From NCBI GenBank assembly GCA_965178125.1, contig OZ237741.1, positions 1,364,001 to 1,428,000 of the forward strand: a stretch of DNA of 64,000 nucleotides. The letters are read 5' to 3'. A program made the translations under genes and the position numbers. Source of the stretch: Bilabrum cf. latius. Lineage: Eukaryota. Below, one piece after another: positions 1 to 13,109 of the stretch (its first letter is position 1; the number at the start of each line of letters is the position of its first letter). A model generated the notes under the pieces. The model ran no database searches. It was not told the DNA's origin and saw only the letters and a list, made by a program, of their open reading frames with translations.

Positions 1-432
1 TATAGGAAGTTCATGAGCAAAGTGCACCCGGACCTGTTCACAAAGTACCCAGAGTTGCAAGAGACGAACGAAACTAGCCTACAAAGCCTGAACGAGGTAC
101 TGCAAGGCGCCAAGAGTGGAGTCGTGGACTCCGTTCTCAAGCCAACGAGGATGGATTTGGATTTCTTCGTCCGCACAGACAACGACCACGAGTTTCTCAA
201 AGTGCCCCTCCGGCTGCGCCTGGCCGGCGGCTACTGCAAGCGCCAGGCCGGAGAGTAGATGGGCGCGCTGTTCCACAAGTGTGGACTACCCAGAGTGTTT
301 GACTGGGGCAAGGATTACTGGTATCAGCGCATCCGGCCCGCCGCCCCGGAGCGCAAGGAGGACGGCAGCGTGGACGAGGAGGCCGAGCAGAGAGCGCAGG
401 CATAGAGGGAGGCCTATCGTCAGCGCGGGTGA
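1..432 (+). CDS. DUF4460/TCAIM N-terminal-like protein, 5'-truncated by window edge
   Basis: YRKFMSKVHPDLFTKYPELQETNETSLQSLN resembles the DUF4460 'F..VHPDLF..P....N..SL..L' pattern. In-frame TAG at 256 and 403; first TGA at 430-432 (could instead be an intron donor). Confidence 0.6.
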
Positions 433-646
433 ATGGCAGCAATGCACAGCATACCAGGTATTATGGTTCTCTGACATGCACACAGAACCCACCCAGTCAG
501 CCGTTTGGATGACTTGCATCGCCCTGCACATGCACTGCCAAGCGGTGGACTATCCATCTCGCGGGGGGCCCCCCGGGCGCGTGGCCGGCACCATCACAAT
601 AGCTTCGAGCGTACTGTATTCACGCTATTGATTACCACTGCAATCC

Positions 647-2002
647 TCACGACTTCCACACGAGCACTTTATGCGCCGCGCCCGCCGCCCTCGACAGCAG
701 CACGGCAGCCGCGGAACCGGCCCCGAGACCCCCTCCCTCCTTGGCGAACGAGCTCGCTCGCGCCGCCGCCTCGTGCCCTTTCAGCTCCAGCGCCTGCGCG
801 CGGGCGGTGGGCAGTGCACACATGGCGGACACGGCCCTGCAAGCCTGCGCCGAGGCAACGCCGGCGGCCCTCGCGGCTGCACGGGGGGCCTCCGCTGCGG
901 TGGTGCGCGCTAGCTGCGAGCCGGCGATGGACGCCGGCGACGCAGCGGAGACCGCAGATCCCGCCGCGCCATCGCCGCTGCTTGCCGCCAGGAGCTTGGA
1001 GGGGTCAAGCACCCCCACCAGCGCACTCGTCACACCTGCCTCGTGGAACGCACGCTTGGCGTCGTCGTCCACCGCCGCCAGCGACACCAGGGAACACAGC
1101 TGGCCCAGGGCACGCACCGCTCCCATCCAGGCCGCCGCCCCCGCACTACCCCCCGCTCCCCGCGCCGCCTCGGCCCATGCCTGGAGCTGTGTCCCCACCG
1201 TGGGGCAGCCCCCCTCCTTGACGAAGGCAGCCTTGCCCCCCGACGGCACGGTGAGGCCCACGAGGGCCCTGGCCGCTGCCTCCACGATCCCTGCATCGGC
1301 TCCGGGTCCCCCTTTCTCCCTCGCGGCCAGCAGCCGCAGCACCGCGTCGATGGCACCCGCGGCCAGCGCCCCCTCGCAGCCGCTCCCACTTGCCGCCTGG
1401 GAGCAGCCGGCAAGCGATTCCAGCACTAGCCGCAGGCACCGAAGATCTTTCTCCGTGCCACACCGCTCGCAAAGCAGCTTGGGATATTCTGCGTCCACTA
1501 GGCTGTCGCAGGCGTCCCCCTGGGCCCTGGCCATCGCCTCGACGCCGGTCAGGGCCGAGAGGCGGGTGGCGGGGTCGCCATCCACAACGAATTTCCCGAG
1601 CCCAGAAAGAATGGCGCCCCTATGTTTACTTTCAACCAACCACATCCTACCTGTGGACTGCGCCATGGCGTCTCGCAAGCAATCAGAGGCTCGTCGGCGC
1701 GCCTCAACCGCAGCGAGCTGGTGCAGCTCCGAAATCAAAGTCAACATTCCGGCATCCGCCGCCTCCCTGCAAGCAGTTGGCCCTGGTATTAATCTCTAGC
1801 TGCGCTGGAGCGCGTTCAATATTACAATTTTGTCGCGTTTTGCGACCGCGGTGCGTAATCTTGACACAAGCTCTGGAAACCTGTCTCGCTCGAAGGCGAG
1901 GGTAACCGTGGAGGCCCCTTGCGGCTTGAAGTTGGACCTAGTGGCATGAACCGCATATACATCGCTAACAAATGCATCTGGAGGCCCGCCTGCAGCCGCC
2001 AT
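647..2002 (-). CDS. RSPH14: Radial spoke head protein 14-like armadillo-repeat protein
   Basis: ORFs 1796..2233 and 647..1747 are in the same frame, joined across TAG at 1796-1798. Recognised segments: N-terminal 'TVTLAFERDRFPELV', 'AAARALVGLTVPSGGK' and C-terminal 'AAHKVLVWKS'. Ends TGA. Confidence 0.7.
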
Positions 2003-2113
2003 GGGAGCAATTTTGAAGTCTCCAATCCATCCGTTGAGAACGGTATGTGACGAGTGCGCGTGAACGGAAATCTGCGTGAATGAAACAGGCATAATCTTGG
2101 TTTGATAGGCTAG

Positions 2114-3214
2114 ATGGACACTGTTACGGCAGCTGGCACGAAAGATGTTGGGAAGATTCACGCCATGTTCGAAAAGTACGACCGAGATGGCAGCGGGGCG
2201 CTGGGAATGGGCGAGGTTCGTGCGCTGATGCACGACCTTGGCCGCGACAACGAATCTGACCTCGCCCTGATGTTTGCCGAGATGAATGGAAGCTACAGGT
2301 AGGCATAGACATCAGTTACAAAGTCAGAGTTTACTCGGTGGTGGATCCGAAAATTCAAGGGGCAGCCTGGGCAGAAGCTGAACCGGCTGCTCGTCAGGGA
2401 CAGCCTGGGCAGGCCGAAGGCGTCCTCGTATAAGCTGCCCCCGGAAGATTTCTCGTTTGGTGTAAAGGCTGGAAAAGACAAGTACGACGCCGGCGCCACT
2501 CTGCACGGTTGGAACAGTAAGGAGGGCCCCAGCCCGCACGACGTGCTCGCCGCCAAAAAGCCCAAGATCCCCAGGGGCAAGGCAGGCACCATGTTCGGAC
2601 GGCCCATGCCGCGGGATAACACAGACACAAGCAAGGTAATGGCTCACCAGTACGGCGGCTCCGAATCCAGAGACGACCCGGAGTACCCCCTCCGGTCCGC
2701 CCTCACCAAGCCAAAGGCGGCCAAGGGGGCCGGCGGCGTGCGCGGCACCAAGGCGCAGACGCTCCGCGCGCAGGTCACGCACGAGGCAATCGCCGCGGTG
2801 GAGGCCCCTCCCTCCGACTGGAAGATCCGGAGGTACCAGGGCATCGGCAAGCGGCTGGACACCTCCGCGCACAAGCAGCCAGACGCCTTCAAGGAGATGC
2901 TGCGCCGTCGCAAGGAAGCAGACAAGAGGAGAGCCGAGCAGACGCAGCTGTTCAGCAAGGCGGGGCCCAAGGCCATCCGCAGGGCTGCAGAGGCGCATGC
3001 AAGAGAGAAGATCGGAGCAGCCAGGAGGGGCGAGCGGGAGGCGGCGCGCAGGCACGCGGAGGCCATGGCGGCTAGTTCCGGTTACGTGCCCGGGGGCGCG
3101 GAGGCAGAGGAGGAGGAGGCGCGCATGGAGGCAGAGGAGGAGGCCGCTGCAGGAGGGGCGGGCAGCGCGGAGCATGGTGAGCTGGCCAGCGCGGAGGAGC
3201 GTAAGGGGGATTGA
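2114..3214 (+). CDS. CFAP77: EF-hand + CFAP77 (DUF4483)-like axonemal protein
   Basis: EF-hand 'FEKYDRDGSGALGMGEV', then TAGs at 2300 and 2306, then 'LLVRDSLGRPKASSYKLPPEDFSFG' (CFAP77-type). One continuous frame to TGA at 3212-3214. Confidence 0.65.
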
Positions 3215-3449
3215 GAGGGGCAGCGTGCGTGGGGCAGGGCTTGGATTTGCAGTGGGGGTCTAGCTAGACCTCCCCAGTCCAGCCCTTAGCCAGTCTCTTG
3301 AAATCGTGTATTTGGGACCGAGTAAAATTTTCTCTAAAGAATCCTTCTATCACTCAATGCTCAGCACATGCATTCAACTAGTAGCTCTACTGACGACTGC
3401 CACTCCACCCAACCCAGGGACTCTGTGCTTGCAGTTCACTGCACCTGCC

Positions 3450-5322
3450 TCAGGTGGCCTCGGGCAGGGTCCAGTTCTCAGGGAGCGGGCCCTGGTCGTG
3501 GATGATCTCGCGATGGTGGGACCACACGAGCTGGATGGCCTCGGGTGTCCCTATGCCCGCCCCCCTGGGATCCCCCGAGGGACCGAACCAGTGGTTCTGG
3601 GGGGCGCCAGTGGTGCGGGCCCGGATCCCAGTGTAAGTGGTCCCGTTCACGGTGGACTGCAGGATCCTGTTCTGGAAATCCATGTCCCTGCTGACCACCG
3701 CGGCGGTCAGGTGCTGCTCCATGCGCTCGAGGCACTCAAGGACCTTGTCCTCGTCGTCAGGCCCGTCCCCCCACTCCACCACCACCTGCATGGGCCCGAA
3801 CACCTCCGTGGTGCACAGCTCGAAATGATCCTCCGAGGCGAATACCTCCAGCGGGACCTTGACCGCGGTGGGCTCGATGAGCCCGTACCTCTTGGGGACA
3901 GAGTGCGCGCCCCCGTGGAGCTCCTTGCCCCCGAAGAGAACCTCCGCCCCCGGAAGGGCAGCCAGCTTGTTGGCGTGCTCCAGCATCGCCTCGGTGGTCC
4001 ACGTGAGCACGGGGCCCACGGTCAGGTCGTCCAGTCTCCTGCGGCCCGCGAGCTGGCCCATGGTGTCGAGGAGGGCAGAGTCGCGGGACCACTTGGTGTG
4101 CGCGAACAGCACCGACTGGGCCGAGCATTTCTGGCCCGAGCATGCGTAGGCGTCCTGATCGCACTGCCACGCCACGTACTGCGTGTCGGTGTCGTCCCGG
4201 GGCCCGTCGGGGCCAAGCACCTTCCAGTCGAAGCCCGCGTCCTCGGTGCGCATCTTGCCGCCGGTCACCTGGAAGAGCTTCTCGCTGACCTTGCTGCTTC
4301 CAGTGAACAGCAGCGTGCGGGGCTTGGCCTTCTCCAAGAAAATCTGCGTGACGGGCCCCGAGGCGTGGAGCAGGTCCGCGTCCTGGGCCGGGAGGCCGCA
4401 CTCGGAAACGCACATGCGCAGGAACTGCTCGATCACGATCGAGACCTTCGAGTCGATCTTCAGGGTCGGACGGTTACCCATGAGCAGAGCGCCCATCAGT
4501 TGCTGCGGAAATGGAGGAGCAGGGAACAAGGGGTCGCATAATATGGCTTTCACGCAGATGGAAAGGCATCGGTGCAGTCATCCGGGCTGGAGCAGCTGCC
4601 TCCCTTCTCACGAGCACGGGGATCTCGATGGGAAAGCTGCGAAGCGAAAACAAGGGGCGTCTTTGTTACTACTGAGATTCCAAGTGCACGCAAAAAGGCT
4701 GAGGCAATCAATGCGGACACGGTTCTCACTTGAAAGGGAGGACAAGGCCGACGTGGCCGTACGGGAAACGATAGCCGCGGCTCTCCTGGCCAGCATGATC
4801 ACCTGGTACGCCAAACGAACGAGCCAAGAAACGTCCATTGTCGCTAGCAAAGTTTTCTAGGAACTTTCGGGTCACGACGACCTCCTTTTGGGCCTCGGCG
4901 TACGACTTTGGGGAAACCCGCTGGACAAGCCTTGTGAAGAAGTCGAGCGTCTCTTCATCCCTGAGCTTCTGTCCAGCCGCGTTGCAGACGTTCGAAATCA
5001 GCTGGTACCGCTCGGGGTTTTTCAAGGGGTTGTGAAGACCAGTCTTCGGGCAAGATCGGGCGGCATCCACGAACTCCTGCACCTCTGCCTCGCTGGTGTC
5101 TGGGATCTGCAGAAATTCCTCCCCATTCAGGGGATCCACGACCGTTTCAGAAGCAGCAGTGTCCTTCCAGCGCCCTGCCACGAGGTTCTGGGCCCTTCCA
5201 GGGTTGGAGCCGCACAAGGTGCGAGGATCCACAGTCGCCCAGCCGGAAACGCAGCGCAACCCACGAAGGGCAGAAACTTGCAGCCCGCGGTGTGCAGCAA
5301 CTCGTCGTAGCTGGCTGAACAT
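3450..5322 (-). CDS. ALDH12: Delta-1-pyrroline-5-carboxylate dehydrogenase, ALDH12 type, with mitochondrial-like N-terminus
   Basis: Motifs 'TGLHNPLKNPERY', 'PFNFPIEIPVLQLMGAL', 'FTGSS', 'EDAGFDWKVLGP', 'AYACSGQKCSAQS', 'RARTTGAPQNHWFGP'. Introns at 4637-4729 and 4503-4611 flank a 25-nt exon. No in-frame TAG; ends TGA. Confidence 0.92.
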
Positions 5323-5863
5323 GTCTTGCGCGTCTACAGGTGTGCTGGAAAATGAATGGCACCGCGAGGATTCCGGTCCCACGCGTTCGCGAGGTGACGA
5401 TTGTTCCGGCCTGGCCGCGCAAAATCCAGGATACGATCCATCATCGTGCAGTCGCCGGCGGTTCCGCAACACTGGCAGCAGCTGCACCACAGTGCTCGAT
5501 CGCGCGAGAAGCGGTCCAGACTAATCATAGACAAATTGAACTTCATTCGTACCTCGCAGGACAGCTGTCCTGGTCTGTGCCCCCCTTTCCACACCACTGG
5601 TGGCCACGCGGGCAGCTGCGGCGAAATCGGTCTACATTCGCTGCACCTACTGGTGGAATGGGCCTCCCCAAGCCACCACAGGCTGCCTGCGCTGTTGTAA
5701 GCCCCCCTCTTGACACCGCCTCACGCTCCATTCTGGCCACGTTCGACATGCTTCATGCCAGCTTGCCCGTGTTGTTATTGCATTGCACTGTGGCACCCAC
5801 AATCCAGGATATCTAGCATTATGCTAAATGCTGCATGCTGATTAGTCACAACAAGTCGTAATT

Positions 5864-6582
5864 ATGGCTGCTGCTGCGGTGAGCGTTCCAGTTTCTGCAT
5901 GATTGTGTGCTTGCATGAGTGTCTGCATCCTCGGCTTGTACCGCACGAATTGCCAGAGTCTCCATTCCGTCCGTATGCGCAGGGTAGCCACGCAGGTGAT
6001 GGCGACGACAGGCTTTCAGAGCGCCATTTGCGTAGCAAACCCTCAAAAGCTTCGAGTGGCAGCGCTGCCGGAGAGCGGAGTGCAAAGGGCCGTGGGACCT
6101 CCGAAAGAGTAGTTGATGCGGAGGAAAGCATGGATTGCCGCCTCGGGCGTGAGCTGGCCTCATCTTCCACTTCTGCAAATTGGAGCACGCTTCCCGCAGT
6201 CGCAAAGAAGGTCAGCAAGCGCTTGGGGTGGACCATAACTCCCCGAGAATTAGATGCTTTCATGATAGCCGTTGGAGACAAGGAGCTGGAGATGCACGGA
6301 GTATGGCGGCACAGCTTTGGCAAAAAGTACATGCCCATTGTTGCGGTGAATCCAGCGTGTGGAAGGCAGAAGCAGGTCCATGGAATGGTATGCATGTGCG
6401 GCGTCGCAGCGGGCGCCAAGGCTGCCAAGGAGGGCGGGCGGGCCGCCCGGTACTTTGGGAGCCACGACTACAACGCTGGGCGCCACTCTGCCACTATCAG
6501 TAGCCATAAAATATCGTGCCCAATGTGGGCTCCTTCGGATGCCGGGCATCAGCACAGCTGGCGGAGAGGCTTCGAAGACTGA
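5864..6582 (+). CDS. Hypothetical protein (~200 aa)
   Basis: ATG 5864 (MAAAA), gtgagc donor at 5879, cgcag acceptor ending 5982, then an open frame to TGA at 6580-6582. No family recognised. Confidence 0.5.
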
Positions 6583-6744
6583 AGGGCCTGCTGAAGCGGT
6601 GCTCTTCTTGCATTGATTCGTTCGTTGTGCCGAATCGGTTCTAGAGGTATACTAAATCAGCTAATTGTCTGTGTGAACACAATCACTTCAAAACAACCGC
6701 ATCGCTCTCCTACCATCACATCACCCACATCATCCGTCCCGTCA

Positions 6745-9155
6745 TCACGAGGACCCTTGGAAGAACGGCTTGAGAGTCTTCTCGTACTGCCCCAGCAGCG
6801 TCTCCTCCCATCCCTTGATGATCTTGCCCCTCTCCTCCTTCTCCGCCGGGCCCAGCACCTCTTTGGCTGACAGCTCGCAGAACCGCGACAGCTCGGGCCC
6901 TGGCTTGAGCACCTCGCCGAGGTCGATCGCCTTCTCGTCCTTCTTGTAATAGAACCTCTCCTGGGACAGCAGCTCCACTAGCCCGCTCTCCTCCCTCGTC
7001 GTGACGACGTTGAACACAACGCCCTTCTTGTCATTGCGGCCCGTGCGCGCGCACCTGTGCCTGAACTGCACAAAGTCGGGCTTGCCCCTGTGCGGCCCAT
7101 CGAACTGCACGGGCATCGTCAGGTTCACCACGCACTGGCAGTTCTTGAAATCAACCCCGCGGCTGTACGCATCCGGGGCCACCAGCACCTTGGCCCTGTT
7201 CTCCCTGAAGGCGCGCAGGGCGTTCAGCCGCTGCATGCGCTTGGGGAAGCTGGGCATGCCCCTGGTGATGCGCGGGAAGGCCACGTTCCTATCGGCCGCC
7301 TGCTTGGCCGCACTCTTCAGGATCGCTCCCGTGCTGCTGACCGTCTCGTAGAGACCCATGGGCTTGCCGGGCATGTCCCGCTCCACACCCTGGAACACCA
7401 TGACCTGGTTGCCCAGAGTCACGCCCAGCCCCGACAGCAGGGCGGCGCACGTAGTCTTGGCAAACTGCACGGCCCCTGCACCTGCCAGTGGAGGTGCCCC
7501 CACAACCTTGCTCGCAGCCTCCAGCATCGCATCGGGTACCACGCAGCGCACCATGGTCAGAGTGGGGAGCTTGTTGTCAGTCACCTGGATCTCCACCCAG
7601 GGCATGGGGTTCTCTTTGCCCCCGCGCTCCTGCACCCTGAAGTTGTCCGTGCCAGCCACCAGGAACTCGCTCGAGTGCTTGCCCATCAGTACGTCCACCA
7701 CCTGCCGCACCGAAGGGTCGGCCAGCTTCTTTGTCTTCTCGTCGGGCTCCAGGGCGTCAAAGGTGGCGGAGAAGAGCATCCACTGGCAGGGCGCGCACTT
7801 GGACCACTCGGAGGACTTCATCCTAGCCTTCTCCAGCGCGGTGCAGATCTTCTTCAGGTCATCTCGCTCGCCGGGGTTCTTCAGAAGATCGTCTGCCTCA
7901 TCCACTACCAGCATGCGAAGGGAGGAAAGGTCGGCCTTCGCGGCCGAACCGCCGCGATCCCCCCCTCCCCTGCCGCCTCCTCGACCTCCACCCCGGCCTC
8001 CCCTGCCGCCTCTGCGGCCCCCTCTTCCGCCCGGTGGCGTCCCAATCCCGATGGCCTGCTTGAAGAACCCCTGGGTGCTCACCACGATCTGGCAGGGAGC
8101 CCCCGAGGACAGCTGCTTCAGGTCCTTGCCCTCGTCTATGCGCACCACACCGATGGGCTCCTTGCCCTCCTCCTTCAGCTTCTCGTTCACCTGCTTCAAC
8201 AGGCCGTTCACTATCTCGGCTACGCCGGCCGCGCCCCCACTGGCGGCGCCAGGGTCCGCCGCCCCGCACGCTGCCTCGCCGCCCGCCTCCTCCAGCAGCG
8301 TGTTGTACGCGTTGTCGATGAGCTCGGCGTTCGGGACGTAGATCCAAGCCAGAGGCACCGGCTTCAGCAGGTGCTTGCTCCCCGGCGGCGCCCTGCAGGA
8401 GGGGTCCGTGAGCAGCTTGCGGATGACGGACAGCGTAAAGGCGCCCGTCTTGCCCTCGCCGCCCTCTGCCTGGGCCAGCGTGTGAGGAGGCATATTGTAA
8501 GTGCCTTTAGGACTGCGGTACAGGGATGGGTGGGAAAGGGAAAAGGGGGGGGAGGGAGGTGGTAGAGATAGAGAGTGGCAAATCATACCGAAGCGAAGCA
8601 AGACGGGCTGCGCGAAGGTGGCAATCGGGTGAGGACTGGCCCGTCGGCGCGTCTGTGAGACATGCATCCGTTCCGCCGGCTCAACCGTGCACGACCCATG
8701 CGGATTACCATGCACACGATCGACAAGCTCACTGGGTGATGCTGGCCATCTGAGGCCCCAGCACCTGCACTTGCACCGCCTTTGGCGTGGGCCACTGCAT
8801 CTCATCCTCGCCCTCTCCCACGAGCTGAGAGATCACAGCATCCATGTATGCTTTCATCGGATCGCCATCCATGCCTGCCAGCAATACCTCCTCCCAATCC
8901 TTGCCACCACCCTGCATCAGCTCCTTCACCTCATCCTTTGTGAGGTTCACGGCCTCCACACCAGCAGAGCACGACACCTCCACGCTGTACTTGCTATGAT
9001 CAGCATCACCGCTTGCACCAGCTCCAGCAGCACCTGCAACAAGGAAATCGGGGAAGCTATGGTCAGCGGCAAAACATGGATGGAAGGCAAATTCTCGCGA
9101 CCGCTAGCTCCTGTTGCGAGCGCTTACCAGGATCGGCACCTGCTACACTTGCCAT
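6745..9155 (-). CDS. DEAD-box RNA helicase, DBP5/DDX19-like (divergent)
   Basis: Q motif 'MQWPTPKAVQ', motif I 'AQAEGGEGKTGAF', 'VVDEAD', 'LFSATF', 'SRGVD', 'PDFVQFRHRCARTGR', plus an RGG insert. Introns at 9034-9127 and 8513-8732. Ends TGA. Confidence 0.8.
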
Positions 9156-9350
9156 AGCAAGTCAGTTCAAGAATAATACGCTATGAAAACGAATCACTTG
9201 GCTACCTGCAAGCACGAATTAAAGCACTTCGCAGATGTGCAGCGTTCGCACAAATTGGCAGAGTGTTGTTTTGTGGATTGTGCAGTGTGGTTACTAGTCA
9301 TTCGGAGCCAAAACTCGACGAAAACTGAGCGAGATAAATATTCGTGCAAG

Positions 9351-11116
9351 ATGGTGTCATCTAGCAAGTTTCGGGACAGTTTCCTGTCGGAGTCTGTACA
9401 GATTGCAGCTCGGGGCTCTCGCCTTCGGTCTCCTGATGTATCTTAGCTCGGGATCGTGCCATCACCACGGCTTCGCGACTTGGAGGGAGAGTTGAGGGAT
9501 ATAAAGGCCAATATAGCGCGAGTAAGCGCAACTTGCCGCGCAGCTGATAGCGCTATCAAGCAGATCGAGAAAGCAACGGACCTTGGGATGCAGAGGTGTG
9601 CTAGAACGGAAAGACACAGTAGATCGATGGGAGCGTCGGTGAGACCCAATTCAGCCTAGTAGTAGTGCTAGTCGCACTGGCATCGCTATGCTGAAATCGC
9701 ATGCTACCGCGCGGATTATTGGCACACATGAGCTCTCCTACTCTCATGTCGCAGATTCAAGAGCTCATCACGCTCCTGGTTGAGGTGGAGAGGGCCTCAG
9801 CTGCGGCGAGCAGCAACGATCCGCACGCTCAGATTCGCTCCGATGTAACTGCCGGAGGTACTGCGCTCAAAATGCTAGACAGAGTGGCAGCCACTAGTAC
9901 TGGGGCTTCGAAATCCGCGGCCAACGGCCAGGGGGGACCTGGCGGCGAATCTGGGACGTCATCCACAAAGTGTGCCAGTGGGCGGCAGGACATGCACAGG
10001 CAACTGAGTGAATCACCTGCTAGCGCCAGCGCCAAATAGCTTCAAACAGCACCCGGGGCGGATTTCGGTGGATCCATAATAGCTCGTGCAGCCATGGATG
10101 CTGCGAAATCATCATCATCCCCGTCCTCATCAGCTTCTGCATCAGCGACTGCATCCGCCTCCGAGTCTGCAGCTGCCAGTGCGTTTCCATCGCTGCCTGC
10201 CGCTCACGGAGATGCCGCGCCGCACCGTACCATTGCAGCATTTCCTAGCCTTGCCGCACTCCTGGGTGGCGAGCATGAGCGCTAGCACTAGCACACTCAG
10301 CACAAGCAGATGATTCAACCCCCTCGCGCGAGCGGCGAAGCATCGCAAACGGGCAAGGGCGCTGCTGCACTCGGTGGCTCGGGTGCGGTAAGCCCTGGCG
10401 TTGGTCTTAGTCCTGGCCGGGGGAGTGATGCACCTACCGCCGGGATGGGCGGGATAGAAGCTGTCGGCGGTGCTGCGGGCTCGGCAGCTGTGAAAGGCAA
10501 CCTTGGCCCTGGCCTGTCAGGGCGCGAGCTGGTGGAGGCGCTTGACCGAGACACGGAGAGGCTGCGGAGGGCCGCGCTGCAGGAGCTGGAGAACAGCAGG
10601 AGCGGGAGCGGAGGTGGGGGTGGCAATGATTCGACGACTGGGAGCGCAGGGACTGGTGGAGAGCGGCTGACGTCCCTTGTTGGACACACTGGAACTGCTG
10701 GAACTGGGCATGCTGCAGCCACTCGTCCTGCGGGAGCCGGGACTGACGCTCTTCTGGCCAAGCTGCAGCAGCTGTCGGACGAAGTGACGAATGGCCCGGC
10801 GGGTAAGGCAGCGGCGCATAGGCTAGCCATAGACAGGGCACAGGAAATGGGTGCCTCAGCCAAGAGAGCTGGCCCCTCCACTCGCGGTGAAAGCACTGGC
10901 AGCGGCAGTGGCAGTTAGTAGCCAGCCATCAACCTGCGCGACTTTACCCCGGCACCTGTTCTTAGCTCCAACTTTGGCTCTGGCTCTGGCTCGCACCTGG
11001 ACGCCACTGTGGATGCCCTCGCAGCCCGGATGGAGGGGTTCAGCGAGACTCTACGGCTACTGGAGGAGAAGGCCGCCGCGGCGAGTGGGCGGGCAGCCAG
11101 GGAGGCCATGCAGTGA
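9351..11116 (+). CDS. Hypothetical low-complexity/coiled-coil protein
   Basis: ORFs 9701, 10094 and 10310 are in one frame, joined by TAGs at 10037, 10283, 10289, 10916 and 10919. First exon has TAG at 9444. Probable intron at about 9639-9754. Ends TGA 11114-11116. Confidence 0.55.
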
Positions 11117-11208
11117 GTATACGGGCATGTGCTGATGCACTGCAAGAACGATTTCTAGCGCGTGAAAGGTTTCTTTTTGGTTCACACACCCCACACCCTT
11201 GGGTTATG

Positions 11209-13066
11209 TCACGCGCACGCCCACTTTGTAGCAAACGTCGTGAGCGCCACACCGAACGCAGCCGCGGGTGAGAGCGGCGCCCTGAAGTCCAGCGAGAACA
11301 CGTCCTTGCCCCGCTTGCCGAACAGCAGACATACGCGGCCGCCTGACTCGCCCCCGTCCTCCCGCCCACCGGCCCCGTCTGCCTCCTTGCCCGCCGCGGC
11401 GGCCCCGTCGATCAGCTGGAAGTTCTTCTTGGACGACAGCGTTACCCGCCCTCGGAAATCCATCGTCCAGCTGCGGGTGCGCGGGCTCCACACGGGCTGG
11501 CGACTCAGCAGCTCCACTGGCTTGCTCGGCTCGAACCTGGCCGCCGAACCCTCTCCCCCCTCTGCTGCACCTGCGCCGGCATGGGGTGGGGAACCATCGG
11601 CACCCGTCTCACCACGCCCACCACCATCCGTGCTCCCCCCTGCCAGCCCCTCGGCATGCCTGAATGCCTGCGAGCTCGGTCCCCCGCCCACGGCCTCCTG
11701 CAAGCTCCCCACCATCCCGCCCACCGAGGCAGCCGCCGCCTGCACAGCCCTGGCCACCCCCTCTTCCCACCTGTCCTCGCCCACCTCGCTCGCTTCCGCA
11801 GGTAGCAGGGCATCCGCCTCGGGGTTGGCAGGCGCGGGCAGCACCCGGACCTTGCAGCTGTTGGGCACCGCCTGCATCGCGTTCCAGTCGTACCGCACCT
11901 CGCACAGGCACCGCCGGGCGGCAGGCGGCACACACTCGCACACTGCCCTAGAAGCGCCCCCGGCGTCGGGGCTCAGCCCGCTGTCGTACACCCGAGCCAC
12001 AGTGCCCAGCGTCGCCGCGTCAGTGACCGCCACAAACGCCGCCCCATGCTCCTCCAAATCGGCCGCGGTGCGTGCCATCACGAAGCGCCCGTCCTGCTGC
12101 GCGCAGCTGGCCACCAGCACCAGCGAGTCGTCGCTCTCCCGACGAAGCTCGTACACGTGCCGAAGGGAACGCCCCCCGTCGGTGTCGGACCAGGAGTCAG
12201 ACCCTTGTGCGGCAGCTGCACTCGCGCTGACCCCCTGTTCCCCGCTCCACATGGGCAGCCCCAGCCGCCAGTGAGCCCCGTCCTCCACCAGCACAGAGCG
12301 AGGGGGCACCGGCCCTGCCCCCTCCTCGTCTCCTGTCTCGCGATGGCCCTTCTCCTCCTCCCCGCTCGCCTTGATACCATCCTTCCGCTTGCCATTCCCG
12401 CCGAATTGCGTACCCCAAGCTCTGCCCACCCACTCGCCCTTGCGCCTGTCACGCACCGCCTGGCTCGGCGGGATGCGCACCCTGCCCTCTGGCTGCACCC
12501 GCGCCTCGATCTGCTTCTGTGGCAGTCCGCGGCCCTGCCAACCAACCAGGGAACAGGCGGCGTCCCGGCCAAGCTCACCCACGGGAAAGCTGCACCGGTC
12601 GCGCCAAGGCACGCGCTCATCCCCGCCGCTGTCACTCACCCCATCCTTCTTCTCTCCGCTAGAGATGGGCGCATCCCCCGCCCGCAGGTGCACCAGGGCG
12701 CTGGCCCGGCGCCAGGCCTCGTCCTCCGAAGGGTCCTGGCACGGCCCAGCGCCCAGCCGATATCTCCGGACGTAGTACCGAGCTAGACCTGGGAATCCTG
12801 CGTCCCGTCTGACCTCCCCGGAGGCTCTCGGTCCACTGGACTCTGCCCCTTCTTTGTCGCTCCCTTTGTCTGCCTCTGGCTCCGTCTTGCGCTCTTCCGC
12901 AGAGCTCTTGTCTGGGCCACTTGACGACGATGATGATGATGATGATGACGGTGGCGGTGGTACCCTCACGTGTCCCAGCTCGAGCTCAAAGCCTCCACTA
13001 CCGACAGTCCGTCCAGAGACAGCCCCACCAGCAGCCTTCTACCTTGCTCCTGCACCTGCTCCCGCG

Positions 13067-13109
<43 letters not shown>

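Noticed and set aside
7057-8565. Long antisense/overlapping ORFs (e.g. 7057..8565, 37113..38498, 3306..4541, 48860..50020)
   Set aside because: Shadow ORFs expected opposite GC-rich coding sequence, with no recognisable motifs.
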